64,000 bases of DNA. It comes from a virus. The notes beneath the pieces were generated by a model, which was given only the letters and a program-made list of their open reading frames with translations, was not told where the DNA came from and made no database searches. A program made the position numbers and the translations under genes. The stretch covers positions 7,714 through 71,713 of the IMG/VR virus record IMGVR_UViG_3300050120_000156; one strand, given 5' to 3'. This document shows positions 56,377-64,000 of this stretch, one piece after another (positions within the stretch are counted from its first letter, which is position 1; every line of letters begins with the position of its first letter).

Positions 56377-56816
56377 GCTGCCTCCTCGGCCTTGGCCTTC
56401 TTTCCGATCGCGCCGCAGATATCGACGACGCGGCGGCACTGCTCGATGTCCATCATACCGATGTGGCAACTGCTGCGACGGATACCCATCTCGCCGGCGA
56501 GCCAGCTGTAGGCGAGCTCGCGCGCCGCCGATTTCGTGCAGCCAGGGGTTCGGTTCATCTTGATGCGCCACAGCGGATCGAAGACGGCATGTGCCGCGGC
56601 CTTGGCGGCGCGGAGCTCGGTGTTGGCCAGGCGTCCCAGCGGCGCGTAGGCAAGGCTGTTCTTGTGGGTACCGACCCAGGCGCCGCAGGGGCGGCAGATC
56701 CAGACCGGGCCGAAGTCGCGGCCGTGGTAGACCTCCGAGCTGTCGGTGAGCAGCACGGCGGCGTGGCTGCAATAGGGGCAGATCGGGGCCGTGATCGGCC
56801 GATGCGGGCGCTTCAT
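56373..56816 (-). CDS. DUF3268-like zinc-finger protein
   Basis: CPYC...W.C.PC.AWVGTH...PLGRLAN.ELR...AH..FDPLW...AY.WLA..MG......HIGM.D...C. Confidence 0.85.
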   Translation of the reverse strand: MKRPHRPITAPICPYCSHAAVLLTDSSEVYHGRDFGPVWICRPCGAWVGTHKNSLAYAPLGRLANTELRAAKAAAHAVFDPLWRIKMNRTPGCTKSAARELAYSWLAGEMGIRRSSCHIGMMDIEQCRRVVDICGAIGKKAKAEEAA

Positions 56817-56992
56817 GCGTCGAGATCCTCCATGCCGATCGGCTCGTCATCGACCTCGACCTCGCCGGTTTCGTCGCAGGCGCGGCAGGGCACCCACCGC
56901 TCGATCAGGGCACCGTTCACGCGGTCGATGTCGTAGGGGACGTCGTGGCCGCGATCGCCGAGGCATGCCTCGCACACGATGATGCGGGTCAT
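56813..56992 (-). CDS. small DnaJ-type CxxCxGxG zinc-finger protein
   Basis: CEACLGDRG...CRACDETG. Confidence 0.65.
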   Translation of the reverse strand: MTRIIVCEACLGDRGHDVPYDIDRVNGALIERWVPCRACDETGEVEVDDEPIGMEDLDA

Positions 56993-57399
56993 GGTGCCGC
57001 CGAGTTTGCGAGCGTGAGCAGCACGTCGCCGTGACACAAGTCGTCGATCCCGCACCAGCAGGCGACGTTATGGCCTCGGTGATGGACCCGGACGTACTCG
57101 GCGATCGACATGCCCTTGATGCGCTCTCGCCAGCGGCGCATGAAGTCGTGGCCCGTCGGATACATCTCCGGGATCAGATGGCCATCGGCCAAGTTCAGGT
57201 AGAACTCGACGCATTGCTCGCGCGACAGAGCCGGGATCAGAACCTCGCCAGAATCGGCAAAGATGCCGCAGGGTTGGCCGACGATGAAGGGGTTCCCGAG
57301 GCGCGTCCCGCGCGAGACGCAAATGATCGGAAGCCCGTTCGGCGAGACGAGGCGCGAGCCCTTCGCGCGGCTGCGCTGGATGCGGATTGGCGTCGTCAT
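56989..57399 (-). CDS. DUF4326 family protein
   Basis: PIRIQRSR.KG...V.R.T..GNPF...G.NVACWC.....CHGDVLL. Confidence 0.85.
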   Translation of the reverse strand: MTTPIRIQRSRAKGSRLVSPNGLPIICVSRGTRLGNPFIVGQPCGIFADSGEVLIPALSREQCVEFYLNLADGHLIPEMYPTGHDFMRRWRERIKGMSIAEYVRVHHRGHNVACWCGIDDLCHGDVLLTLANSAAP

Positions 57400-57821
57400 G
57401 CTCCGATCCTGTCGATGATGTCCTGCGGTGCGTGCTGCAGGCCGAGCATGCCTTTGTGCGGGATCGGATCGGCGAGCGGTCGCGCATCCTTCAGCACGAT
57501 CCCGTACCGCCCCATGAACCAGGGGCTCGGATGGTGGTCGACGCAATCGACGATCTCGGCGCGGCCGACGATGTGGCCGCCCAGCTTGCGGATCTCGCCG
57601 AGAGTGATCGAGGTCGTGCTGACGAAGCCGGCTTCATCCTGCATGTCGCGCGCCGCCCGCGAGTCGAGCATGATCTCGTCGGCGTCGAACCAGCTGCTGG
57701 CGTGGATCAGGATCGGCCCGCGGAAGTCAGTGTGCCAGTCGCGATTTTCGATCCGTTTTCCGCGGTGCAATATGTAAAACCACCATGGCGCGCGGATGCT
57801 GAGAATCCTGATATCCGTCAT
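57396..57821 (-). CDS. ASCH domain protein
   Basis: LSIRAPW...I..GKRIENRDW.T.FRGPILIHAS...G.IVG...IVDCV...SPWF.G.YG. Confidence 0.9.
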   Translation of the reverse strand: MTDIRILSIRAPWWFYILHRGKRIENRDWHTDFRGPILIHASSWFDADEIMLDSRAARDMQDEAGFVSTTSITLGEIRKLGGHIVGRAEIVDCVDHHPSPWFMGRYGIVLKDARPLADPIPHKGMLGLQHAPQDIIDRIGA

Positions 57822-58087
57822 GCGACTCTCCTGTCTTGCTGCTGCGCCAGCGCGGCCTCGGCGCGATCGGCGCGTTCCTTCTCCTCGAGCCAGCGGGCGC
57901 GGTAGCGGTTGGCGGCGCCGTGCTGCTGGGCGCGTTCCACCATGTAGCCGTCGCGCTCCCGGATGGTCTGTTCCAACGCGGCGGCGAGCTCGTCGAGCAA
58001 CGCATCGCGCGGCGGTGCCGTCGTCCATTTGCGATCGGCTGCCGCTGCCTCCCGGCTGCGGCGGATGATGTCGAAGAGGTCGGTCAA
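57818..58087 (-). CDS. coiled-coil hypothetical protein
   Basis: 4-nt overlaps at both ends; codon bias. Confidence 0.6.
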   Translation of the reverse strand: MTDLFDIIRRSREAAAADRKWTTAPPRDALLDELAAALEQTIRERDGYMVERAQQHGAANRYRARWLEEKERADRAEAALAQQQDRRVA

Positions 58088-58374
58088 GGCTTCCCTCCCA
58101 TCAGCGCCCGAGCCCGAAGGGAGGCGTCGAAGGCTGCTACTCGTGCATCGGCTTCGGCATTGAGTTCAGCCAGCCGCTTGAAGTCGTTGCGCGCCAGGGC
58201 GTGGGTATACGCGGCTTCGTCGGCATCTGATCCCATGCCGAGTTCACCCCTAATCCAACTGTTCCTCTGCGCCTCGTGCATTGCCTCTTTTTCGGCCGGC
58301 GTCATGGCCTTGTACCGAGCGACCGCATCTTCCAGCTTGGCGAGGAGATCGGTGGGGGTGCTATTCGCGTCCAT
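58084..58374 (-). CDS. hypothetical protein
   Basis: MTPAEKEAM..AQR.SW.RGE motif. Confidence 0.65.
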   Translation of the reverse strand: MDANSTPTDLLAKLEDAVARYKAMTPAEKEAMHEAQRNSWIRGELGMGSDADEAAYTHALARNDFKRLAELNAEADARVAAFDASLRARALMGGKP

Positions 58375-58675
58375 CGTTCTCGACCTTGCATCGCATCCAA
58401 TGGTTCTTGAGCGCGCCGTAGGATTTGGCGTCAAGCGCGACGGTGTCGACAATGGAGCCTTCGACGTCCATCACGTCGGCGAAATGGTTCTTGATCTCGC
58501 CGTTGAACTCGACACGGCCGGAAATTCTCGCGCGGCGCAACGTTACCTCGACTGCGGCTCGGCGGCCGGTGAATAGGACGGGTTCGCAGAGAATTAGGCG
58601 TTCGCCGGAAATCCGGCACAGGCGTAGCCCAGCGGCGTCGGCCGAAAGCTCGGCATTGAGATCCTGGCTCATCAT
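58361..58675 (-). CDS. hypothetical protein
   Basis: GGAAGG SD; ATGA overlap. Confidence 0.6.
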   Translation of the reverse strand: MMSQDLNAELSADAAGLRLCRISGERLILCEPVLFTGRRAAVEVTLRRARISGRVEFNGEIKNHFADVMDVEGSIVDTVALDAKSYGALKNHWMRCKVENDGRE

Positions 58676-58986
58676 TCCGTTCCTTCCGGGGTGAGGGGCT
58701 TGGCGATGCGGCGGTTCATCGTGCTGTGCGTTACGCCGTCGTCGTACCGTTCGGTCTTGAAGAACTCGCGGTATCGTGCGCGGCGATCGATCGAGTTCGA
58801 CGTGGTGCGGCGGATTGCCTCCGGCGATCGGTCTTTCCAGATCACCCGTGGTATGAGTTTGAGCAGCGACGTCGGCGTGCAGACCGCTTCGACCTGCTTG
58901 TTGCGCTTCGCCCAGGCGACGAGTTTGTGCCAAGGCTGGTTGCACGGATCGCGGCGCAACCGTTGCCGGCGAGACGGGCGTTTCAA
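58672..58986 (-). CDS. hypothetical basic protein
   Basis: TTGA overlap; fills gap in operon. Confidence 0.45.
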   Translation of the reverse strand: MKRPSRRQRLRRDPCNQPWHKLVAWAKRNKQVEAVCTPTSLLKLIPRVIWKDRSPEAIRRTTSNSIDRRARYREFFKTERYDDGVTHSTMNRRIAKPLTPEGTE

Positions 58987-59393
58987 GACCGCTCTCCTTC
59001 GGTTGGTGATGGGGTGAGGGCGTCGATTTGCGCCAACGCGACGTCGAGAGCCTCCTTGCACGGTCCCGACAGGATGGCCTCGGCAGCGATCGCCTCCAGC
59101 GCCATGCGGGCTGAAATAAGCGGGCCAGCTAGGCGCTCCCTCTCCCTTTTCACCCCGGCCTCGATCCCGGCCTCGTAGATGGAGGAGAACTCGCTTGCGA
59201 GCATCATTTGCGAGGGCTGGCCAATCGCCTTATAGCCAAGTCGCTCGTAGAAGCTGAAGGCCCTCTCTATCCATTCCTGGGACGGGGACTCGATGGGTAA
59301 TGTCGACCGAACGATGCGCGCCGGATCGCGCATTCGGATCATGGCCTCGGTGGCCTCCTGCCGGCGCATCGCTTCGTCGCGTTCTTCGGTCAT
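58983..59393 (-). CDS. hypothetical protein
   Basis: GAGGAGG SD; TGATG coupling. Confidence 0.6.
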   Translation of the reverse strand: MTEERDEAMRRQEATEAMIRMRDPARIVRSTLPIESPSQEWIERAFSFYERLGYKAIGQPSQMMLASEFSSIYEAGIEAGVKRERERLAGPLISARMALEAIAAEAILSGPCKEALDVALAQIDALTPSPTEGERS

Positions 59394-59617
59394 CACTTCC
59401 TCCTCAAGGCCGATGGCGGCAGTGTGCCAGCGGCGGCGTGCAGGTTGTAGGCGACGGCGAGCGCAGGCAGCTGCATCTGGCACCATGACGGCGGCAGCTC
59501 GCAGGCGTAGTACATCGTAGCGCGCTCCTCCTTCGTCGGATTGAACTCGTCGTGGAACAGCATCGGTGTCAAAGCACCGTTCTGCCAGCGCACGGCGAAG
59601 AAGACGCGGCGGCTCAT
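59393..59617 (-). CDS. hypothetical protein
   Basis: GGAG SD; ATGA overlap. Confidence 0.6.
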   Translation of the reverse strand: MSRRVFFAVRWQNGALTPMLFHDEFNPTKEERATMYYACELPPSWCQMQLPALAVAYNLHAAAGTLPPSALRRK

Positions 59618-60747
59618 GTCGGAGCTCCGTTGTGCTCGACGCCGTCGAGCAGCCGGCCGGCGCGATGCTTGCCAACGCGATAAACTAAGTCGGTCGCATG
59701 TTCGGTGAAGCTGTGGCCGTCGAGACGGTCAGCTCGGTCGGCGCAGATGACGTATCGCTTCATCCAGTCTCGTACGTCGCCGGTGCGCGTCATCACTGGA
59801 CCATCTTCGATAGCGCCGAATGCCTCGCCGGGAGCCCATTCACCCCATTGCTTGAAGAAGAACGGCACCTCCGCAGCGGCACACCGATCGCGCAATGACC
59901 GCGCCCAATCGGGGTGCATAGGCCGCGCGCCCGGGCCACTCTCGCCGCCGACGATGACCCAATCGATTAGCGAGCGCGGCGTCTCCATCACGAAAGAACC
60001 GCAGCGGCTGAACACTTCTGCGCTGTCGGCCCTAAGAGTGGGGCTGCATTCGGGATGCAGGCAGTTCGGGCATAGATTGGCAGTCCACCGCGTCAGATCG
60101 ACCGGCCCGAGCAGCGGCTCGCACGAGAGGAAACGCACCGCTGCCGGCGTCGCGAGCAGATCGGGGATGCGCTCGTCGGCGTTCGGCTGATCCTCGACGC
60201 TGACGCCGAGCCAGACGTTCGGCAGCGGGAACGCGACGTCCTCGATCGCGCCGGCGGCGCACGGCGAATAGGTCACGTCGACAGCAGCTTGACCCCATCG
60301 GCGGGCGAAGGTTTCCGGCGAACCGTGAAAGCATCGCTCCATCGTCTCGACGTAGTCGCGCATGCGCTCGGCGCGCTTCGTCAGGATTTGAAACGTGTGC
60401 TGCGGCGCCAGCGCCATGACGGCAAAGACGCGGTCGATCGCCTCGTCGGGCAGCGATTCGTGGAATAGGTCCGACATGCTGTTGACGAAGATCATGCGCG
60501 GCTTCGTCCAGCGCAGCGGCAGCGATAGCGCATCCTCGGCCAGCCGGACCGTGCCGTTCCAGATCGGCCCGGCCTTCGTCGGGATCGTCAACCCGGCATA
60601 GCGCGCGCCGCCGACACCGCCCATCGCCTCGATCCGCGCCGCCATCCGCATCGCATAGCAGCGCTTACATCCTGGCGACAGGACGGAACATCCGACCGTC
60701 GGATTCCACGTCGCGTCGGTCCACTGGATACCGGTCTTATCGCCCAA
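59614..60747 (-). CDS. phage Gp37/Gp68 (DUF5131) radical-SAM-like protein
   Basis: [14 protein letters not shown]...SPGC..CYA; [11 protein letters not shown]; HTFQILTKR; NVWLGVSVE; [10 protein letters not shown]; WVIVGGESG; FFFKQWG. Confidence 0.92.
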   Translation of the reverse strand: MGDKTGIQWTDATWNPTVGCSVLSPGCKRCYAMRMAARIEAMGGVGGARYAGLTIPTKAGPIWNGTVRLAEDALSLPLRWTKPRMIFVNSMSDLFHESLPDEAIDRVFAVMALAPQHTFQILTKRAERMRDYVETMERCFHGSPETFARRWGQAAVDVTYSPCAAGAIEDVAFPLPNVWLGVSVEDQPNADERIPDLLATPAAVRFLSCEPLLGPVDLTRWTANLCPNCLHPECSPTLRADSAEVFSRCGSFVMETPRSLIDWVIVGGESGPGARPMHPDWARSLRDRCAAAEVPFFFKQWGEWAPGEAFGAIEDGPVMTRTGDVRDWMKRYVICADRADRLDGHSFTEHATDLVYRVGKHRAGRLLDGVEHNGAPT

Positions 60748-61000
60748 GTCCGTTCTCCCTCAGTTTCCGCTCGGCCGCACGGGCGCGCTCGAGCAAGACG
60801 TTGTTGGCTTCCAGCAGCCCGGTGACCCGCCAGTCGTGGATACGTTTGATCTCCGCGATGCCGGCGCGCAGGATTTCGTTGTTCGCGCGCAGCGCGGCGA
60901 TCGCGACGCGGAGGTTGCGCTCGGTTAGCGGCTGGCCGTGCGCGATCGGCGTCCCGTCGGGCTGCTTGCCGCTGCGGAATGTCGCTTCATCCATGGCCAT
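60737..61000 (-). CDS. hypothetical coiled-coil protein
   Basis: [14 protein letters not shown]; GAAGG upstream. Confidence 0.6.
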   Translation of the reverse strand: MAMDEATFRSGKQPDGTPIAHGQPLTERNLRVAIAALRANNEILRAGIAEIKRIHDWRVTGLLEANNVLLERARAAERKLRENGLGR

Positions 61001-61313
61001 CGCCTTCGTGGTCGGTTGCACTCGGCCCCTTGGCCTCTCCGTCGCGGTCAGCGCGCCGACGTTCCCGCTGCGCTTCTTCTTCGGCCCGCTCCGCTGCCGT
61101 CAGCATCCGGAAGCGCGGCTTCATGAGTGGGCCGGAATAGAGCATGCTGACGATCTGCCCGAGCATTTCGTCGAAGGCGAGGTGATCGGCGATTCCGTCA
61201 CCTTCCTGTATGTTGAACAGGCATTGGGAAATGACTTGGCCATCCGAGGTAACGCGCTCGATGAGTTCGATCGTGACGGTGCGGATAACGTGGTCGCGGA
61301 TCTCGTCGCTCAT
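60987..61313 (-). CDS. hypothetical protein
   Basis: AAGGAG SD; L..DEMLG.IV. Confidence 0.65.
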   Translation of the reverse strand: MSDEIRDHVIRTVTIELIERVTSDGQVISQCLFNIQEGDGIADHLAFDEMLGQIVSMLYSGPLMKPRFRMLTAAERAEEEAQRERRRADRDGEAKGPSATDHEGDGHG

Positions 61314-61600
61314 GATGTCAGGTCTCCTTGCCCTGATGCACCGGGCCCGTGCTCGTTGAGGAGATCGCGGATGCGGAGCGCTGTCGCGAGGTTGTCGATA
61401 TGGCCGGCGATGGTCTGCTCGTTGCCGGCGACGATCTTGTAGGGCCGCATGTAGCGGCCGGTGCCTTCGCCGGGGCCGTGGCTCCACAACATGGAAAGAC
61501 GGTACGGCCCGGCCGGGACAGGCTCGCCATCGGCCAGCGTTGGCATCTTGGGGCCGCCATCCGGCAGAAAGAGGTCGATCTGATCGCCGTTGTGCTTCAC
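61310..61600 (-). CDS. hypothetical protein
   Basis: GGGGGA upstream of GTG; ATGA overlap. Confidence 0.6.
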   Translation of the reverse strand: MKHNGDQIDLFLPDGGPKMPTLADGEPVPAGPYRLSMLWSHGPGEGTGRYMRPYKIVAGNEQTIAGHIDNLATALRIRDLLNEHGPGASGQGDLTS

Positions 61601-61651
61601 TGGAATCCCCCGATGCAGGCGCGCCCGGCCGATGCCGAGCGCGCGCCGCCG

Positions 61652-63364
61652 CTACTTGCCCTTGGTGATCGCCTTCTCGCAGTCGACGAACTGCTGGCGG
61701 AGGTTGTCAGCCGACCGCTTGTAGGCAGGGCCGCCCGCCTCGAACTCCTTCCAGAGGGTGGCGTTGTCGTCGCGCAACTTGCCGATCTCGTCGAGGTTCT
61801 TGCAGTCCTTTGCGGCCGATATCATCCAGGTATTCCAGCGCTGCCAATTGGCTTTGCCGGCGGCATCGCGGAGCGGCTCGATGATGTATTCGGCGCGCTT
61901 GAAGAACTCGTCGTCGCGAGGTTTCGCCGCTGCTGCGGCCGGCTTCTCGGTAGCCTTTGCCGGTGCCGGTGCCGGTGCCGGGGTGTGAGATGGCGTCGGT
62001 GCTGTCGTCGCCGTGCCGTAGGCGTTGCCGGTCTCGCTGGCATCATCCTGCGGCCCGGAATCGTCGCCCTGATCGCCAGGGAATCCGTCGCCCTGGGAAC
62101 CTTCGCCTTCGCCTTCGCCTTCGCCCAGCACCTCGCCGGTCTCGCTGTCGACGTGACCGCCGGCCTCGGCGACCGCGTTGGCGCGGGCCTCCTGCTGCTG
62201 GCGCTCCTGCTCGGCGACGCGTTGGCGGTTGGCGTCGTCGAATTTCTTGAGGCAGTTGTCATGTACGGTGCGCAGGCTGCTGCCGATCCCTTCGGCCGCC
62301 TCGGTCAGCTGCGTCATGGCCTCGGCGTTGTCGCTCCAGATACCCTCGAGCTGAGCCTCGGTGCCGCTCTCCTTCATGGCATCTACGAAGGCGTCATGTG
62401 CGTCCATCGGATCATTGAACGTCAGCTCGCCTTTCTCGGTCAGGATGGTGAACTCCTCGACGTCGGTGATCGTCGCGCCGCCGGTTTCCGCTGCGGCGGC
62501 CGGCTTGCCGGCGTCGTAGTCGGTGCGCTCCGGCTTGCGGGGCGTCACATTCTTGGCGTGCTCGAATCCGATCGGCTGATAGTCGTCGTCCTCGCCAGGC
62601 ATGCCCATCAGCAGCGCCGGCACGGCAACATTACCGAAGGCGCGGACGGCGGTGTACTGGATCTGGCGGTCCGGTGCCGTCGCCCAAAGGGTGGAGTTCC
62701 GCGGCCAGGCCTGCGCAAGATCGAAATGCAGGACACGGGGCTCGACCTCGTCCTTGATCTTGCCGCTGACCGTGATGCCGAGACCCTTGGTGTCGGCCTG
62801 CGTCCATGTCGGCGCGACGTAATCGTTGCCGCTTTTGCTTTTTCTGACCTCGAACTTGCCCTTGACGTTGTCCCAGTCGTATTGCCGCGTGATCGTGACG
62901 CCTTCGGCCTTGCGCGCCTCGGTCAGCGCAGGATCGTTGGTGCGATAGGTCTTCTCGAGGCCGTCCTTGAATTTGAGGACGACGCTGCCGTAGAGCTCGA
63001 ACCTGATGCCGCCCTCGAACTTGCCGCTGGCCTCGAGCACCGCCTGCACAAGTTTGCCCTCGTAGCCGATCGTGCCGCCAGGCGTCGAATAGGTCGAGGC
63101 GGCGACGGCGCTCGGCGATAAGCCCCAGACCAGCGATTTCTCGACGACAGCGAAACAGGCGGCGACATTGCCGAGGAGATGCTTCGGCGTGAAGCCGTTG
63201 GCCTGCGATATCTGCTTGGCGATGCGGCTGGCGTGGTTGAAGAACGATTCGTCGAGCCAGAGGCGGAGCGCCATCGGCATCGGGCGCCCGGTCTCGAGCT
63301 GGATTAACGGAACGTGGTTGCTGCCGCGCTCGGCCGGCAGGGCGGCTTTGTCGATGGTGTCCAT
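61652..63364 (-). CDS. recT: RecT-family single-strand annealing protein with long acidic C-terminal region
   Basis: PKHLLGN...CFAVV..SL.WGLSP.AVA..TY...G.IGYEGKLV.AV; RNSTLW...PD.QI.Y.AV. Confidence 0.8.
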   Translation of the reverse strand: MDTIDKAALPAERGSNHVPLIQLETGRPMPMALRLWLDESFFNHASRIAKQISQANGFTPKHLLGNVAACFAVVEKSLVWGLSPSAVAASTYSTPGGTIGYEGKLVQAVLEASGKFEGGIRFELYGSVVLKFKDGLEKTYRTNDPALTEARKAEGVTITRQYDWDNVKGKFEVRKSKSGNDYVAPTWTQADTKGLGITVSGKIKDEVEPRVLHFDLAQAWPRNSTLWATAPDRQIQYTAVRAFGNVAVPALLMGMPGEDDDYQPIGFEHAKNVTPRKPERTDYDAGKPAAAAETGGATITDVEEFTILTEKGELTFNDPMDAHDAFVDAMKESGTEAQLEGIWSDNAEAMTQLTEAAEGIGSSLRTVHDNCLKKFDDANRQRVAEQERQQQEARANAVAEAGGHVDSETGEVLGEGEGEGEGSQGDGFPGDQGDDSGPQDDASETGNAYGTATTAPTPSHTPAPAPAPAKATEKPAAAAAKPRDDEFFKRAEYIIEPLRDAAGKANWQRWNTWMISAAKDCKNLDEIGKLRDDNATLWKEFEAGGPAYKRSADNLRQQFVDCEKAITKGK

Positions 63365-63409
63365 GGTGTCCTCGGGTTGCAACGGGGCTTCGGGATGGTG
63401 TGCCGCCAG

Positions 63410-63685
63410 CTACGAGAGCTTCTCGTAGGTGTAGCCGGCCTTCTTGACGTGAGCGTTGACATAGCCGCCGGCGCTCTCCGCCGCCAGGATCTGCGCATGG
63501 TGGTGCTCGTGCGGCAGCGCGCCGTCCTTCGGCGCATAGCGATAGGTCGACTCGGGCGCGCCGGGCCGGAAGCTCTTGAAGGTGACATAGAGGTGGCCGT
63601 CGCGGTGGCCGACCTTCGCGATCTGCGAGGATTCCTTGGTCGGCGGCGTCATCTCCGGGAGGTCGGTAGTCTTGCTGGCATCCAT
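63410..63685 (-). CDS. KTSC domain protein
   Basis: SSQIAKVGH..G.LYVTFK......YRY......H..IL.AES.G.Y.N..VK..Y.Y. Confidence 0.85.
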   Translation of the reverse strand: MDASKTTDLPEMTPPTKESSQIAKVGHRDGHLYVTFKSFRPGAPESTYRYAPKDGALPHEHHHAQILAAESAGGYVNAHVKKAGYTYEKLS

Positions 63686-63713
63686 GCTGGTGTGCTCCTG
63701 GTTGGTGGTGAAA

Positions 63714-63938
63714 TTATTCGTCGACGTCGTCGAAGATCGAGCGGTTGCCGTGCTCGTCGAGCATGGTGCCGTCGGCGGCGAACACCGGCTTGCCGTTGTC
63801 GTGCCTCATGTCGCGCCAGCCTGAGATATTGGCGTCGAGGCCGGCGATCTTCTCTGCGTTCTCGACGGCGACGGCGACGGCGACGGCGACGAAGAGGTGC
63901 GGCGCGAACTCGCCCGTCATGTCGCGCAGCGTCAGCAT
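63714..63938 (-). CDS. hypothetical protein
   Basis: Acidic C-terminus DGTMLDEHGNRSIFDDVDE; codon bias. Confidence 0.6.
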   Translation of the reverse strand: MLTLRDMTGEFAPHLFVAVAVAVAVENAEKIAGLDANISGWRDMRHDNGKPVFAADGTMLDEHGNRSIFDDVDE

Positions 63939-64000
63939 GCCGTTCCAGCCGACCGACTGGACGGTGTGATCGGGGCCGTCAGGCTGGTGGGCGAACCGGA

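Larger units (their letters stand above)
1..64000. mobile_element. Temperate podovirus-type phage genome segment, non-integrated (attP) configuration
   Basis: Portal, capsid, tail adaptor/nozzle, ejection, lysis, integrase and RecT genes; no tape measure or tail tube/sheath genes; phage genes on both sides of the att core; no host housekeeping genes. Confidence 0.95.

Noticed and set aside
61957-63891. Hexamer microsatellites (GCCGGT, CCTTCG and GACGGC runs)
   Set aside because: In-frame dipeptide repeats (PA, GE, VA) that cannot cause phase-variable frameshifts
1-64000. CRISPR array, diversity-generating retroelement, retron or IS element
   Set aside because: No regularly spaced repeats, reverse transcriptase or transposase motifs seen; the 35-nt repeat pair shows no adenine-specific variation

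Overview
The whole window is the interior of a GC-rich (roughly two-thirds G+C by eye) temperate podovirus-type tailed phage genome. The promoter style and tRNA-Ser target suggest an alphaproteobacterial host (inference). The + strand (1-51884) runs: 3' end of a SNF2-like helicase, small ORFs, portal, GroES-like chaperonin, scaffold, capsid proteins, a beta-helix depolymerase-like protein, tail adaptor/nozzle/fibre genes, GIY-YIG and HNH-AP2 homing endonucleases, two GNAT-like proteins, an ejection (pilot) protein, a 4341-aa polyvalent protein, and a lysis cassette with a pesticin-like muramidase and a class-3 lipase. After a bidirectional-looking terminator lies an intact attP (3' half of tRNA-Ser GCT). 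The - strand early arm follows: tyrosine integrase, excisionase, RlaP-like nucleotidyltransferase, DUF1643, DUF3268, DUF4326, ASCH, Gp37/Gp68, RecT and KTSC. The most notable unannotated signals are: (1) five sigma70-type promoters, each followed 15-20 nt later by a hairpin with the same C(GCGCC)G pentaloop on unrelated, covarying stems, a candidate boxB-like RNA regulon; (2) a promoter-driven ~90-nt tRNA-like RNA with a degenerate anticodon arm; (3) a codon-optimised 58-aa gene nested out of frame in the polyvalent gene; (4) an xxGG peptide motif shared by head-internal proteins; (5) an ATT start codon on the pilot protein; (6) signal peptides on two virion-module proteins. All family assignments come from motif recognition by eye; no searches were run.
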